Assembly (NCBI GenBank): GCA_965248535.1
Contig: CBDFJR010000002.1
Coordinates: 1,600,001 to 1,664,000 of the forward strand
Direction of reading: 5' to 3'
Source: Phormidesmis sp.
GTDB taxonomy: Bacteria > Cyanobacteriota > Cyanobacteriia > Leptolyngbyales > Leptolyngbyaceae
Length of the DNA stretch: 64,000 nucleotides
Both the position numbers and the translations under genes were made by a program. Below the pieces are notes generated by a model. That model ran no database searches. It was not told the origin of the DNA and was given only the letters and a program-made list of their open reading frames with translations. Shown here in pieces: positions 62,696 to 64,000 of this stretch; the stretch's first letter is position 1, and each line of letters begins with the position of its first letter.

Positions 62696-62947
62696 ATGAA
62701 ATTAATTCTCTACAGCAAACCGGGGTGTCATCTATGCGAAGGCTTACAAGAAAAGTTAGCCGACGTGAGGGCAGTGGCGATCGAGCTTGAGATTCGCGAC
62801 ATCACCACCCGCGACGACTGGTTTCAGGCTTATCAATATGAGATTCCGGTGCTCTATAGCGGGTCTGCGCGCTTGCCTCGCCCGTCTCCTCGCGCTACAG
62901 TTCAACAATTAGAAAGCTTGCTACAGAAGTTTGAGTCGTCAACTTGA
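62696..62947 (+). CDS. Glutaredoxin-like protein (DUF836)
   Basis: YSKPGCHLC, YQYEIPVL. Confidence 0.9.
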   Translation: MKLILYSKPGCHLCEGLQEKLADVRAVAIELEIRDITTRDDWFQAYQYEIPVLYSGSARLPRPSPRATVQQLESLLQKFESST

Positions 62948-62987
62948 TAAAAATAAGCGCAAATCCAGTCGGGCAAGGAGTGAACGA

Positions 62988-64000
62988 ATGCAGCTAATCG
63001 ATCTACTGGCCCAGGTTCTTGGCGTGGAGGCATTGCCCGATCATGCAGCCTTGAGCGCCGAGGTGAAGGGCTTGACGACAAACTCGCTCACCTGTCAGCC
63101 CGGCGACTTGTTTATTGGGATGCCCGGCACGCGGGTAGATGGCGGAGACTTTTGGCATAGCGCGATCGCGGCAGGGGCGATCGCCGCCGTTGTGTCTCCT
63201 CAAGCGGCTGCTAAAGCGACAAATGACCCAGCGTTTAAAACTCAAACCCCGCCTCTGGTGGTTGCAACGGCTGATATGACTCAGGCCTGTGCGGCGATCG
63301 CGGCCGCCTTCTACAACTTTCCGGCCACCAAGCTCAAACTCGTGGGGGTGACGGGCACCAACGGCAAAACGACGACGACTCATTTGATTGAGTTTTTGTT
63401 GGAAAAAAGTCAGAGACCTACTGCCCTATTTGGGACGCTCTACACCCGTTGGTCAGGCTTTCAGCAGATTGCGCTGCACACAACCCCGTTTGCGATCGAG
63501 TTGCAGCGTCAGTTTAGTGACGCGATCGCCGCTGGGTGTCAAGTGGGCGTGATGGAAGTCAGTTCTCACGCGCTGGCCCAGGGTCGGGTGATGGGTTGCC
63601 CCTTTGAGGTGTCCGTGTTCACCAACTTGACGCAAGATCATCTCGACTTTCACAAAGATATGGATGATTATTTTGCGGCCAAGGCACTGCTGTTTAACTC
63701 AGATTATCTCAACGGTCGAGCCGTGATCAATCTTGATGATCCCTACGGGAAGCGACTGATTGAGCGATCGCGTCAGCCCGTGTGGACTTATAGCACCCAG
63801 CAGCCCGCAGATTTGTGGATGAGCGATTTGACCTATGGGGCAGAGGGCGTAAGCGGCACCCTGCACACCCCTAAAGGAGACACGCCCTTTCGATCGCCGC
63901 TGGTGGGTCAGTTTAATCTAGCCAATCTGCTGGCCGCGATCGCCGTTGGGCTGCATCTAGACTTGGATCTAGAATTGATGGTCAACGCTCTTCCAGACTT
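62988..64000 (+). CDS. murE: UDP-N-acetylmuramoyl-dipeptide--diaminopimelate ligase (partial; runs off the window edge)
   Basis: Manual translation from ATG 62988 (AAGGAG RBS): GDLFIGMPGTRVDG, GVTGTNGKTT, HTTP, MEVSSHAL.QGR, FTNLTQDHLDFH. Not in the ORF track. Confidence 0.96.
   Translation, partial: MQLIDLLAQVLGVEALPDHAALSAEVKGLTTNSLTCQPGDLFIGMPGTRVDGGDFWHSAIAAGAIAAVVSPQAAAKATNDPAFKTQTPPLVVATADMTQACAAIAAAFYNFPATKLKLVGVTGTNGKTTTTHLIEFLLEKSQRPTALFGTLYTRWSGFQQIALHTTPFAIELQRQFSDAIAAGCQVGVMEVSSHALAQGRVMGCPFEVSVFTNLTQDHLDFHKDMDDYFAAKALLFNSDYLNGRAVINLDDPYGKRLIERSRQPVWTYSTQQPADLWMSDLTYGAEGVSGTLHTPKGDTPFRSPLVGQFNLANLLAAIAVGLHLDLDLELMVNALPD

Noticed and set aside
1..64000. High frequency of GCGATCGC
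   Set aside because: This is the well-known cyanobacterial HIP1; used here only as a marker of native DNA

Overview
Core chromosomal region of a cyanobacterium. The HIP1 octamer GCGATCGC is dense throughout, and the window carries Fd-GOGAT, a phycobiliprotein lyase, a pentapeptide-repeat protein and an slr0320-like radical SAM gene; a filamentous Leptolyngbyaceae-like host is inferred. Most of the window is housekeeping: rseP, serS, lepA, uxs/ugd, glsF, the str operon (rpsL-rpsG-fusA-tufA-rpsJ), pheA, rne-rnhB, clpS, cobU, a cobT-like gene, purU and murE. The most interesting element is non-coding and missed by the ORF track. It is a ~376 bp stretch (41031-41406) resembling an IS200/IS605 IscB/IsrB omegaRNA (HEARO-like) with no nuclease or transposase ORF. 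It sits exactly in front of the ATGA that starts a small host gene, and its own right end supplies an AGGAG ribosome-binding site. Other points of note: an AT-rich, HIP1-free polysaccharide islet (~15650-18410), a phosphodiester-glycosidase gene broken by three clustered lesions, a Tat-exported pseudo-orthocaspase, an RNase HII with an altered GRG motif, and two NtcA boxes. All calls come from reading the sequence; no database searches were run.
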